From assembly GCF_006345805.1 (NCBI RefSeq), contig NC_043007.1, forward strand, positions 64,852,001 to 64,916,000: 64,000 nt of DNA, written 5' to 3'. The position numbers and the translations under genes are program-made. This document shows, one piece after another, positions 1-15,671 of this stretch (position 1 is its first letter; each line of letters opens with the position of its first letter). The stretch is from Octopus sinensis (lineage: Eukaryota). Below the pieces are notes generated by a model that searched no databases, was not told the origin of the DNA, and saw nothing but the letters and a program-made list of their open reading frames with translations.

Positions 1-60
1 AATGATTGCAGTGTCTTTGATCATAGATTTTCTCGCTCAGTATTGACCCGACGGTTAAAT
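1..60 (+). mobile_element. 3' end of a degenerate SINE-like repeat (family 4)
   Basis: gtctttgatcatag...tgacc...aaa resembles related copies near 36400-36620, 37430-37630, 39750-40190 and 41290-41460. Confidence 0.4.
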
Positions 61-634
61 ATGATGCAAACTTTTTACACATCACTGCCAATTCGCTACC
101 ACCATTAACCACCATTTCACCACTAGCACCATTTGTATCAGCACTGCTACTGTTAACGCTTCGCGTCGAACACCAAAAGAGCTAATAGAAAAACCTCACG
201 CACAATACAGCTAGACTCCCTTCCTCGAATACTTGGACTGAACTTCAGTCGGAATCCGAAGTTTCTCAGCCGAAAAGAAACCACTTATAAACCCATTTCC
301 CACAATAGATGCTTTTTTTACAAACAAACTGTATTGTGTTCTTTTTCTGTCTTTCAGAGTTAGTCGTACAAAGTATAACCTACCCGTTGAAAAACCTTTC
401 CATTGTATAATCTACCCACTATATAACCTGCCCATTATGTTTCACTCTGTTGTACATAATATAGGTTGATTTTAGTTAAAAGGTACAAATATGCAAATTA
501 GGTTTTCACCTCAGTAGTAATCTATTTTATCGCTGTTTTATAAGGATGCTGATATATGCTACTGAGAAGGGAAGGAAACCAGGAACGTCGTCTCTCAGGA
601 ACGGTCATCGAACCGTGAAACGGTTCATGGAAAG

Positions 635-704
635 ATGGCCTCTAATCTTTTTTCGCACATCAATACTAGAAAAGGAACATGTTTGCACTTCTACTTAATC
701 CTCG
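635..704 (+). CDS. Candidate start exon A of an unidentified secreted/membrane protein gene (MASNLFSHINTRKGTCLHFYLIL + phase-1 G)
   Basis: Strong Kozak context aaagATGG, 23 open codons ending in hydrophobic CLHFYLIL, canonical donor G|GTGAGG at 705. A strong acceptor (tttttctgtctttcag) at 356-357 could define the exon's 5' edge. Confidence 0.5.
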
Positions 705-892
705 GTGAGGCTTTGTAATATTTAAATTTATTTGATTTCGTCTGATTTAAGCTGTTTTGTTCATAATCTTCCTGTCTCCGTATATGTATATGTATGTGTA
801 TGTGTATGTGTATATATACATATATGCATATATATATATATATCTATGTATGTATAATTTCGTTTACAAAAAAGCGAAAACAAGAAGGTAAA

Positions 893-896
<4 letters not shown>

Positions 897-938
<42 letters not shown>
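897..938. repeat. (TA)n microsatellite, representative of dozens in the window
   Basis: Direct reading. Similar tracts at about 1735-1787, 25304-25364, 25805-25897, 26366-26430, 57405-57498, 58620-58673. Confidence 0.98.
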
Positions 939-943
<5 letters not shown>

Positions 944-1179
944 TGTGAGAGAGATGAAGAGAAAGACAGGGAAAGCGATAAAGAGAAAAAGAGAGAAAGA
1001 AATAAAGAAAGAGAGCGAGAGAAAAATAAATATTTTATTAGTTATTTGCATTACTACGCCATATTTGCGCATGCGCCCTATTATTTGTTTATCACTCATA
1101 CTCTCACTTTCTCTCTGTTATTGCGCTCTCAGCATTTGAACTACAATTACAACTACAAGTACTACTAGTACAACAATTG

Positions 1180-1180
1180 T

Positions 1181-1238
<58 letters not shown>
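1180..1238. repeat. (ACT)n microsatellite
   Basis: Direct reading; source of the spurious poly-Ser ORF 1104-1319. Confidence 0.97.
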
Positions 1239-1732
1239 GGCCCAACTACCAAGTCTCAGTGCCATGTGACTGTGCTCATGTTTGGCTTGGAAGGACTTGG
1301 TGATTAGGCTGACATTCACGTGAAAATCATCCCATTGGAGAGACTAGAAAGCTTTCTCTTTAATTGCTACATGATATCTGATGACGTGTGGGCCGCTTGA
1401 GACTTTATTTATGACACATTTTACTTTTGGACGGACGCCGCAAAACAATGGCATCAAATACTTGGCTCGCAATTCTTATACATCTGACAAATGACACATA
1501 TTGAAAACACATCAATTATTCAAATTATAACAGCATGCATAAAATATGTGAATGTATGTGTCTCAGACATAAATATATTATACATTCATATATACGCACA
1601 TACATATATATCTATAACTATATATACAAATATATGGAATATATACAAGCATACAGAAGCATATGGAAATATACGCATACGTATATACGTACATGCATAT
1701 ATACATGCATGCGTGCATATATCGATACATGT

Positions 1733-1790
<58 letters not shown>

Positions 1791-1994
1791 ACATACATTT
1801 ATCATGGTTGTCTACTCGTTAAAGGAGTATGGCCATCGTTGATAAATTACTTGTTTTCAGTGACCATGGAACCTATAATGGCTTTTAGGACCAATGCAGG
1901 ACCTGCATTTTTTGTTGCAAATATTCATGTGTTGCAATTGTATATTCGTTCTGTGCAGCATCTTGATTTTGAACTTTCATGTGGCTTGTGAATC

Positions 1995-2852
1995 AGTTGC
2001 AAATGGGGATAGTCAATTACCTCAACCGCAGTGCTCAGCTGGGACTTATTTCATCAATCGCAAAGGATGAAAGGTAAAGTCAATCTCGGCGGTATTTCAA
2101 CTCAGAATGTAATGACGTACGGAAATGCCGTTAAGCATTTGCCCCGCTTGCCACCTTGTAACATAAGTAAAAATAACGATTTCAAATTTTGGCACAAGGC
2201 CTGCAATTTCGGAGGAAGATGTAAGTCGATTACATCGACGCCAGTGCTCAACTGGTACTTATTTTATCGACCCAGAAAAGATAACAGGTAAAGTTGACTT
2301 CGGTGGAATTTGAACTCATAACCTGAAAATGGATGAAATGCCGCTTAGCATTTTGCCCGGCGTGTTGACGACTTTGCCAACTCGCCACCTTGTAACATAA
2401 GTAATAATTCGATTATAACTATGACGGTTTCTAATTTAGGCAGAGGGTCCGCAATTTTGAAAAGAAGGGAATTAGTCACTAGCATCAGTCCTAGTACTTG
2501 ACTGTCGGTCAGTCCATTTTATCAACTCCAAAATGAAGAATGGCAATGTTGACCTCGGCGGATTTGAACTGAGCGTAAGAGAGTCGGGAAAATATCTGAA
2601 AGCATTTTATCGCTCTTCCCAATCCACTGCTAACGATAATTCTTTCTGCAATAGGCACAAGGCCTGAAATTTTGTGGGAAGGACCAAGTCGATTATATCG
2701 AACCTCGTGCTCAACTAGTACTTATTTTATCGACCCGAAAGGATGAAAGACAAAATTGAGCGCGTCGGAATTTGAACTTAGAACATAAAAACGGACGAAA
2801 TTTCATTAAGCAATATGTCTGGTATGCTAATGATTCTGCCAGCTCACCGCCT
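1995..2852 (-). mobile_element. Cluster of four same-orientation tRNA-derived SINEs (family 1)
   Basis: Four copies of the gatgaaagg(c/t)aaagt(c/t)gacctcggcggaatttgaact core (about 1995-2155, 2181-2389, 2430-2630, 2640-2852). The minus-strand head has A-box/B-box-like motifs (ggcgagctggcagaa...gagttcaaat). Confidence 0.85.
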
Positions 2853-3835
2853 TTAGAATGATAATAATAATATATTATTAATTACACAATGCATATAGAG
2901 CAATTTTATGCAGTTTAATGCAGTATTGTACATCTGATTAACCAGCAATATACGTACGTGCACGAACAGGCTGTGTGACTGTTTTTCGTACGTGTATATA
3001 AAAGCACAGTGGCTTGCATGCGTGTATACACGTATCTATATATGCATATGTGCATGTTATGGAGCAGCGCATGAGCACAAATGTAAGTATAAACATTCTC
3101 ACACGTACACACAGATACACACATATAGGTACGCATATGTGTATAGATATACCTGTTGGCGCGTGATCACATAATAGCTATATAGGTAATAATAACTTAC
3201 TAAGAAAACAGATGGTAGTATAAAGAAAAATAATCAATCCCTGATATCTACCTAGTTGACAGAAAAACAGCAGAGAAAGCAACAAAACTATATTCACGCA
3301 CGCGCTCGCACACACACACACCACACACACACACACACACACAACACACACACACACACACACACACATAAACACACATATAAAACGAAACGTAATGACT
3401 GAAACAAAAAGATGCAAACACGCTTGAAAACACTGACATGATCACTAACCTCTATAAGCACACACATCACCAGTACACACACTCACACACACACACACAC
3501 ACACACACAAACACTCACACACAACACACACACAAACAAATACACACACACACACTCACATAACTACTAGACACGAAAAGGCTTAAAGAAAGTTGTAGAA
3601 AGAACACTGAAAAGAAAACAGTTCTGAGGTGGAGCAGCTTGGCAAACGAATTAATGAATTAGTTATTCATAAAAATGAGAATAACAAGTGTATGTGTTTT
3701 TATTGGCAGAATGACCTTACCACTAGTACATCGATATCTGTTTCAAAACGAATTAACTATCAAATTTACTACTTGCATACACACATAAACATGCATATAC
3801 ATGTAAATATAATTATGTATGTAAGTGGGTGCGTG

Positions 3836-3867
<32 letters not shown>

Positions 3868-3979
3868 TGTATGTATGTATGTATGTATGTATGTATGTAT
3901 GTACATTTAAATATTTATTTCTTTATTGCCCACAAGGGGCTAAACATAGAGGAGACAAGAAGTACAGACAAAGGGATTA

Positions 3980-4212
3980 TATATCCCTTCATCGGAGATG
4001 GTGTGAGAATATGGTTAAGCAATAGTTAATTTAGATAAGATACGAAATAGAGAGTGAAGTGGAGGAATGCCTAAACAATGGATCTACAAATGCAATATCC
4101 CTGCATATCTCACATCTGTTTTCATTCCTCCACTTCACTCTCTATTTCGTATCTTATCTAAATTAACTATTACTTAACCGTTTTCTCATACCGTCTCCAA
4201 TGAAGGGATATA
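3980..4212. mobile_element. MITE with 90-bp terminal inverted repeats and TA ends, next to a family 1 SINE tail fragment (3909-3978)
   Basis: 3980-4069 is the near-perfect reverse complement of 4123-4212, with a 53-bp spacer. Confidence 0.85.
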
Positions 4213-4526
4213 ATAAATATCCTGGAAACAGCTGTAAGACCTATTTATAAATGTTATAAAATCTTCACAGCCTTGGTTTTTTATATCTCATTGTGAAAAA
4301 AAATTACATATACACTTGCTGATATATGACCTACGATAGACTCCTTGTTCGCATAATCACTGAACTTGGAGCTTAACTATGGTATATCCATAGCACTTAC
4401 TCAGCATTACCTGACACCTTTGTCTTTCTTGGGTCTTATTGACCCTATTACCTCTCTCTCTCTCTCTCTCTTCTCTATATCTATATATATATATATATAT
4501 ATATATCTATATATATATTATATATC

Positions 4527-4562
<36 letters not shown>

Positions 4563-4904
4563 TATATACAATACCATACACATATACCGACACACATCTC
4601 GAAAGGTGCTGTAAATGCGACAAAGTACCTTTACCAATTTAACCTGACAACCAGCGGCAGACACCTTCTGATTATTACTGCTGTTATTATATGGTGCTTT
4701 TTCCCCTGTGTTCTCTTTCACATTTTGTATCATGCAAAGTTGTTGATAATTTGTATAACCAGAAAATTGTCAATTCCTCTTGTATTTAATGTGGAACACT
4801 AATGAGGTAAAAGGTAAGATTATATAGTGTTTCTACATCGTTATGCAATTATGCAGCTTAATGAAACGTGTTTATGTTCTGTAAAGCATTGGATGCCATA
4901 TCTG

Positions 4905-4962
<58 letters not shown>

Positions 4963-5639
4963 ATACACATTCTCTCTCTCTGTGTCTCTCTCTCTCACAC
5001 ACACATAAACACAGGATATTTCACTGGTGATCGATCAATTGAAAGATAAACATTAAAAATGATCACTCGGTTGATAAATTTATATTTAGTGTATCAAAAG
5101 AAGGTACATTACAAGAATAGACCGAGGAAGACGAAGGTAGAATTGCCAAAGGAAGCATAAAACTAGTTAGTCATAACATAATTAGGACTTGCAAAATTAA
5201 TTAGTTAAATTACCAGTTGATAGCCACTTCTAATATCCACTTTCATTTATTTGATATATTTGAAATGCCTGATTCAATTATCACAGCTGTGGTTATAAAT
5301 GAAAAACATGGCAGTTTGTTTGCGCACATTTGACACTCGTAGCTTAGATTAAAAAAAAATGAAGAAAAAATATTATTATCATAACTTAATTTTTTAAATC
5401 TCTAGTTAATACTCTTCTAAATAAATAAACTAACGATAATGTTAGTGAATGTTTTTCACACAAAATACTTTTTCTTTATCAGATATTTTTTCGAATGTTC
5501 AAATATGTTTCGGTTTCGTCGTCTAATACATACAACAGAATGATTAACAATGCAATTGGTAAATGGTGATTATAAGAACTAAATTCTGTTTTCACATTGG
5601 CAAGCCTAGAACCACAAGTTTTATATTAAGATTAATTTA

Positions 5640-5890
5640 ATTTGAACCTTCTGGTGTGTGTGTGTGTTTGTGTGTGTGTGTGTTTGTGTGTGTGTGTTTG
5701 TGTGTCTGTGTTTGTTCCCCCAACATCTCTTAACAACCGATGCTGGTGTGTTTACATCCCCGTAAATTAGCGTTTCGGCAAAATAGACCGATAGAATAAG
5801 TACTAGGCTGGGGTCGATTTGTTCGACTAAAAGGTGGTGCTCCAGCATGGCCGCAATCAAATGACTGAAACAAGTAAAAGAGTAAAAGAG
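5640..5890 (+). mobile_element. SINE family 2, 3' portion
   Basis: ggggtcgatttgttcgactaa...ctccagcatggccgca.tcaaatgactgaaacaagtaaaaga matches full copies at 8655-9042 and 25912-26323. Confidence 0.8.
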
Positions 5891-6325
5891 AGAATATATA
5901 TATGTATATGTATATATATATGCATATATATATGTATATATATATATGTAATGTATGTATGTATGTGTGTGTGCGTGTGTGTGTGTGCGTGTGTGTGTGT
6001 GCGTGCGTGTGTGCATATCTATGTGTCTTATCAAGATGCCAGTCAGTTTAACGATCATAAATACATATAAATACGCATATGCCTATATTTTATATTACAT
6101 TTGGTTCAAAATAGCGCCTGTGAATTAAAATTTTCTTTCGAGCTATCGTTATGGTCCGTTGTATTTCCGATGTTCAGAGTTAAATAGGAGTATTTATGCA
6201 ATTTGGGTGAAACGAATACCATGCAACATAATAGATACATATATACATGTATGCATACCACCTTCCCACAAACACGGACACACATAGTTATTTGTATAAG
6301 TACTTACATAAATACACACACAAAC

Positions 6326-6380
<55 letters not shown>

Positions 6381-6425
6381 TATATATATAACATATATAT
6401 ATATACATGCATATATATACATATA

Positions 6426-7291
6426 CAGTGTGCGATGGGTAGATTGTCGCCATTTTATTTTTGTAAATCGCTCATGCGAATTGTTTGTTTTTGATTTTGT
6501 CGACTATACAGTGTAGTAGGGTCAGTTGGGCACCGTCTGTGAGAAAAACAGCACCATGATGCTATTCACTCTACCAGAAATTTGGAAACAACATGCTGTG
6601 CTGTTTGGCATTCGCGCCGGAAGCTCCAATACGAATATTTCAGAGTGTATGAGTGTCAATCTGAGGACAGTGCAATCTGAGGACTTGTACCGAGTGTGAT
6701 AAAGATTAAACATCCAGTCAACAACATGATGTTTGGAGTGATTATTAGTGATGGCAACGTTATGCCTCCATTCATCTTCCCACACGGCCTCAAGCTCAAC
6801 ACGGAGGTATACATCAAGTGCTTGGAGGGAGTAGTATTGCCCTTGGCTGCTAGAAGACCTTGTGTTTGGCTACAGGGCTCTGCACCATGCCACACAAGGA
6901 GGAGGATTCAGTTATGGCTGTCAGACAATTTCTGAGACCACATCTCCCCTAACATCTGGCCACTAAACTTCCCAGACTGCATCCCCCTTGATTATTATGT
7001 GTAGAGCATAGTTGAGCGAGAGACCAACAAAACTCCTTATAACACCAAATGAAGGCAAGGATTCTGGCAGCATTCACCAACTTAAACAAGGGGACCCTCC
7101 AAAAACCCTGCAGGAGATTCCGAAGTCGTATGGAGTCCGTGGTTGAAGCCAATTACGATTTTATTGAATAGATTTACTCTTTAGTATTTCAAGATATTTT
7201 TATGTGATTTTGGTAAATATAACTGTTAAAATGAGATGTCAGTGTTATTTTCACTGTTGCGTATTTTAGACAATATATTCACCGCACATTG
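6426..7291 (+). mobile_element. Internally deleted Tc1/mariner DNA transposon (DD37D/maT-like)
   Basis: Imperfect ~26-bp TIRs (cagtgtgcgatgggtagattgtc / gacaatatattcaccgcacattg) with TA on both sides. Transposase remnants: N-terminal HTH-like segment, then VMPPFIFPHGLKLNTEVYIKCL...WLQGSAPCH...WPLNFPDCIPLDYYV with 37 residues between the second and third catalytic positions, carrying stops. Confidence 0.9.
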
Positions 7292-8155
7292 TACACACAC
7301 ACACACACACACGCACACACACACACACACACGCACACACACACACACACACGCACACACACACACACACACACATAAACACACATACACACACACATAT
7401 AAATATATACACATATAAAAATAGATATACACACATATATGTGTACATTCATATAGACATACATTTATATAAACATACACATGTAAATATGCATATAAAT
7501 ATATACATGTATATATATAAACACACATATACATACACAAATATATATATATTTATACATACTTGCTGACACACATACACATGTATATATATATATAAAT
7601 TAGTGCACCTAAAATAATTCAGTTTAACTTTTCATTTAATTGAATTAATTTTAGCCGTAGTAAACCTTATATTTCTCTAAAAGAATAAAGAAACAGATAA
7701 TTAATTTATAAGTTCTGCATATGTTACTGTGCACCCTGTTGGCATTCGCCCCCATCTTTAACGTACTTTACATGCATCTCAACCGAAGACTGTGAGATAG
7801 TAATAATCTTTCCGAAGCTAAGTTCGCCCAACATACTCCTGCACTTGAGACTATCTCAGGTCTATTATTTGCGCAAGCAATAATCCAGATGTATTTGATT
7901 TCCTGTAACCGACATTTCCATGTATTTTGTTTGTACTTGTGAATCTACCATAACTTCGATGATGAAGGCTAATCGTCCAATTAATAATGATAATGTTAAT
8001 TAATCGTGATTTTGTACATAACATATTGTACTATGTGGAAACTGTTCAAGTCATTCAAAACGTTTGAAAGTTATAAATTTATGAACGAATATAATTCTTC
8101 ACCTTTGGCTTGATGTTGTATGTATGTATGATGCATGTATGTATTAATATATATG

Positions 8156-8187
<32 letters not shown>

Positions 8188-8235
8188 TGTATGTATGTAT
8201 GTTTGTATATAGTATATATGTGTGTGTATATATAA

Positions 8236-8284
<49 letters not shown>

Positions 8285-8541
8285 ATATATATATATACAT
8301 ATATTATATATATATATGTAATACGCACACACATATACATTCATATGTATCCATGTTTGTGTGTGTGTATATGTATGTATATATATATCTATATCTATCT
8401 ATGTCTATCTCTCTATACATATATATACATATATATCTACATATATACATGTATATATATGTATATGTATATATATATACATATAGATATACGTATATAT
8501 ATATATACATATGTCTATATGTAATGTATATATATATATAG

Positions 8542-8607
<66 letters not shown>

Positions 8608-8654
8608 TGTGTGTGCGTGCGTGTGTGCTCACGTATGTATGTATTACCTATAAT

Positions 8655-9042
8655 CTCTTGTTTTATTTGTTTTAATCATTTGACTGCGGCCATGCTGGAG
8701 CACCACTTCTTTTAGTCGAGTAAATGGACTCCAGGACTTATTCTTTGTAAGCCTAGTGCTTATTCTATCGGGTTCTTTTTACCGAACCGCTAAGTTAGGC
8801 AACGTAACCACACCAGTATCGGATGTCAAGTGATGTTGGGGGGGGACAAACACAGAGACACATACACACACACACACATATATACGACGGGCTTCTTTCA
8901 GTTTTCGTCAACCAAATCCACTCACAAAGCTCTGGTCGGCCCGAGGCTATAGTAGAAGACAATTGCCCAACGCAGTGGGAGTGAACCCGGAACCATATGG
9001 TTTGTAAGCAAGTTACTTACCACACAGCCACTGCTGCGCCTA
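8655..9042 (-). mobile_element. Near full-length SINE family 2
   Basis: Minus-strand tRNA-like head aggcgcagcagtggctgtgtggtaag...ggttccgggttcactc, internal (CA)n, A-rich tail. Confidence 0.9.
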
Positions 9043-9344
9043 TACTTACCATACGCCCACTCCTGCGCCTATTTTCTCTCAATCTCTCTTTCTATTCGTT
9101 CTCTTACGCATACAAACACACGCAAATACACTGAGAGAAACAGATGCTTCACAGATCGTTACTTTAAGTTTTGCTTTGCCGATCTTCATATAATTATGCA
9201 CGATGCAAAATTATCGAAGATTGCCAGTGTGAAAGTCGGATGTGAGGTTTTAACTTGTAAGAAACAATATACCACTTTACATTTTGTATTGTGTGCTCAA
9301 AAATATATTCACTTATCTTTCACTTCTCTCTATCTCCTGTTGTG

Positions 9345-10390
<1,046 letters not shown>

Positions 10391-10545
10391 TGTCTGTCTA
10401 ATTCTATGTTAAGGATTAGAAAAGACACGTTAATTGTTGAGGGATGGATTATGTTTAGGTGCTTCTAGCTATTTAAAACGCTAATCCACTTTAATCGTTT
10501 GCCTCTTTCTGTGTGTGTGTGTGTGTGTGACTGTGTGTGTTAGTC

Positions 10546-10577
<32 letters not shown>

Positions 10578-11322
10578 TTCTTTCTTTCCTGTTGGAACAG
10601 CCAAGCTAATTTGAGCGGCTGGATATATTTTTATTTTACTCTTTGCCTAATGTAGCAGTTATGACAAGTTTGAGCCGGATTAACAAACACAATTGAGATG
10701 TAATTTGTTGCTGTTTTACTGAACTCATTTCCTAATGTAGCATACTAGTATGGAATGCATGCATGCACGCGCGCGCGCACACACAAACACACACACAAGC
10801 AAACACCATCACTAGCACATACACTCTCATTCGCTTATTCTGTGTTACGTTGTATTTAGGCAACGTAATCTATACTTGTACGTACACACTCTATTCCTAC
10901 AAAAACCTCCACTTTTAAATTGACAACGGAGTCCCACAGATAGATTAGTCTAATTAGTCTAGTAATAGATTAGTCTAATTTATAGTATTTGGTTGACGGA
11001 ATCTTTCTGGATCGCGTCGCGTGTATATATATATATATATACACATACATGAAAACATGTATAAACAAACCACGTAACGTATGCTGAATCTAGAAACGAA
11101 CGGGAGACCTTATCGCACCTTAACGATATCTACTGTTTGTCTCCCATTCATTTCTACATTCAGTATATGTTGCATCGTTTGTTTATACATTATTTTCATT
11201 TATCAATAATGGAACGCAACACATACCGAATTTGTATTAACAAGTAAGTTATATATATATATATATAATATATATATATATATATAGCTGTGTGTTGATA
11301 TGTGTATCTTTGTGTGTGTCAT

Positions 11323-11382
<60 letters not shown>

Positions 11383-12169
11383 CTGTGTGTTGATATGTGT
11401 ATCTTTGTGTGTGTCATTCTCCCCGCACAACCGGTGTTTATTTGTTTACGGTTCGGCAAAAGTGGCAGCAAAAATAAGTACCAGACTTAAAATAAGTTCT
11501 GGGATCGATCTCTTCGACTAAAACTCCTCAAGGCAGTGCCCCTCATGATCACAATCTAATGACTGACATAAATAGAAGATAAATAATATCATATTTAACA
11601 CTCATTACAACAGTTATATCAAAACAATATAGCAGATCACGAGTGTTCAGAAACAAAATCTAATCTGGGATATATGATTTAAATAATTTTCTTTAGTTAC
11701 GTAATTTTACTCTGGTTTGTTATTATTATTATCGCCATTCTTTCCAGTTTCGTTGATAGTCTAGGTTATCTATGCCATGTTTCAATTATTTCTTGTAGCA
11801 TACAGACTTGAACGATGTTGCTAAAATCACTAACAACTCCTTTACTAACGTTACAAACGAAAAGTAAGTTTTAGAGATGATTCAAAGCGGTACGTCACAA
11901 AAAAGTGCTCCCCCTGCCTAAGAAATTTAGTCAGAAATAGTAAAAGAGGTAGTTGATAGTCTTCTGCTTCACGAGAGATCTTCAGTAAATTCTCAAGCGA
12001 ACATTTAAAGAAAGGTCTAGGTGTAAACCGCAATATGTGCTCCATTGACAAAAGTGGGGGATATAGAAGAATGAGTTTGGTCCTCAGAATTAATTGCGAG
12101 TCGTGAAACGTGATCAGAAGCTCCTACTGCAATGCATAAGATGACGTAATACGAGAGTTACAGGATAGG

Positions 12170-12520
12170 ACACTATTTTGACGTTGAGAAGGAGGTAGAG
12201 GATGGGCTGGCTCTCCAATTGTTACAATAACGAGTGTTCCGAGTGATTCGACCAACGGAACAGCTTCTTCGTGAAATTAGCGTGCAAGTGGCTGAGCTCT
12301 CCACAGACACGCATACCTTTAACGTAGTTTTCAGGGTCATTCAGTGTGACACGGAATCTGACGAGGCTGGCCCTTTGAATTAGATTTTTAACACATTTTT
12401 GCCACATTTTTTATAGATTGGAGCAACGTGAAATAAAATGTCTTGCTCACGGACACAACGCATCGCCGGCAATCGAACCCACGACCTTACTACTACTCTA
12501 ATCACTGAGCCACATGCCTT
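12170..12520 (-). mobile_element. SINE family 3
   Basis: ttaacgtag...gtgacac...aggctggccctttgaat...gagcaacgtgaaataaa.tgtcttgctca.ggacacaacg...aatcgaacccacgacc; related fragment at about 32380-32570. Confidence 0.7.
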
Positions 12521-12918
12521 TTGAAGATGGGTAGAGAATAGCAAACTATCGGTAGCAGCAGAAAAACTTTCCCTCTAAGAAAGTTAATGCTTGGGCATTA
12601 CTTTTGTTTGTTTTCCTATTCAAACATAGTCAATGAAGTATTGACGGATGATTTAACTAATTGAAGGATGAAGAAAGAATAAAGTACATTTTAAAAGGAA
12701 GTTGAGCTTCGAGACTTTTGAACACGAAAGCGTTAAACAGCCAATAAGAACTAATATATGAACAATTGTACCTTACCTACCGAGTCACTATGGACCGAAA
12801 CTTTTGAGTATATGGACTAAGCTTACTCGGAGTTTGAAGGTTGAGGTTTCTGATTAAATCTAATTTGTAGCATCTCATCCTTTTTCTGGACTATATATAT
12901 ATAATAAGTACATATATA

Positions 12919-12970
<52 letters not shown>

Positions 12971-13061
12971 ACTTATTGCCGCAAGGATGCGCCTAGTTTT
13001 ACTTTAAGTATATGAATACATATGATCATGCAAATACACAGACACACAGACACACACAGGC

Positions 13062-13162
<101 letters not shown>

Positions 13163-14391
13163 TACACACACGCGTATGCATGGGGATTAATTTTGCTTGT
13201 TTTCCTAGTCAAACATACATAGAAAGGCGCATACATCCGTTCCATTGTATTTTATGTTTAACCAAAGAAGATTTTTCTAGTGTCACTTCCATGAGGTATT
13301 GTATACCTACTTATGTATATCTTTCTGTGAGGTATTGTACATGTAGTTATTCATACATATAAGTACCTGCACACATAGGAGATATCTAAATATATTATTT
13401 AACGTACAATTTTTCAATACGTATTCCTTAAAGCAAGCCCAAATCTTGTAGCTGACTTGAAATTTTGACCAGAAAAGCCATAATAGACAGTTCACATGTA
13501 ATGCAAGAATCTTTAGGTTGAAAATTTTAATATATCTGATTAAGTCATTGTTTCAACAATTCCTAATCTATATTTTACAATAATTTTGCCATTAGTTTCA
13601 AATATAATTTAATACTTGAGGAATACTGAAGAGTTGTTAAATTTGTTTTCCATGAAGAAAGAAAACAGCACATATTTCAATCATTCGTGCAATTAATCAT
13701 CTACTGTTGACTAATCGGAATTATTTGCATATTTAAAAAGGAACTTGTCTTGTATCTTTATGACTTTTGTAAGTAAAAGTTAAGGTCTATCGTACACACC
13801 TACGTACACTTCAAAATATAAAGATACATGCACGTACTTGTTTCAACGTGTAGAAACATGCCATGTATGGATTCCTACATGTATTGATTGTTATTTAGAG
13901 AGATATTTATCTTTATGCTTTGCATGTTGATGCATGTAGGGTTTAGTAGATATGCAGATAAGAACATGTAGACACTTACATACTGGTTTTATTGATCATA
14001 ATGGGACATTTTTTTTTATATATCTGCTGAACAATAGCCTTTTCAGAACTTACTCATTGATTTCTTTGATAGTAACTTTTACTTCAATGTTTGCTTGAAA
14101 TAAGGATTTTATTATCTGACACCATGCGTCTTTTGGCAAGATGGAAATAATATATTTAATTTATTGGATATAGCAATGAAACTGTCAGATCACAAATACC
14201 TAGACTAGACAACATAATTTATCTGTCTTAATCTGTAATACTTACAGTATTGGCCTCCAAAGCAAGCTATACTTTGAAGTGATTTGAATATAGATCGTAA
14301 AAGGGTGTAACTAAATATTGCGATCTATTTTGTCCTATGTTCTAAGTAACCTACAAGAACAACATGAACTACAACAACAATTGTTTCTGAT

Positions 14392-14575
14392 ATAGGTACA
14401 AGGCTCGAAATATTAAGGGGAGAGGTAAGTCGATTCCATCGACACCAGTATTTGGCCTGTGCCTTATTTTACCGACCCCAGAAGTTGATTTCGGCGGGAT
14501 TGAATTCAGAACGTAAAGAACCGGAACAATACCGAAAAGCAATTTTTCTGACACTCTAACAATTCTGCCAACGTA
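14392..14575 (-). mobile_element. SINE family 1, degenerate
   Basis: aagtcgattccatcgac...ttattttaccgacccc...ttcggcgggattgaattcagaacgtaa. Confidence 0.75.
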
Positions 14576-14589
14576 CTATCTAGGAATGC

Positions 14590-15671
<1,082 letters not shown>

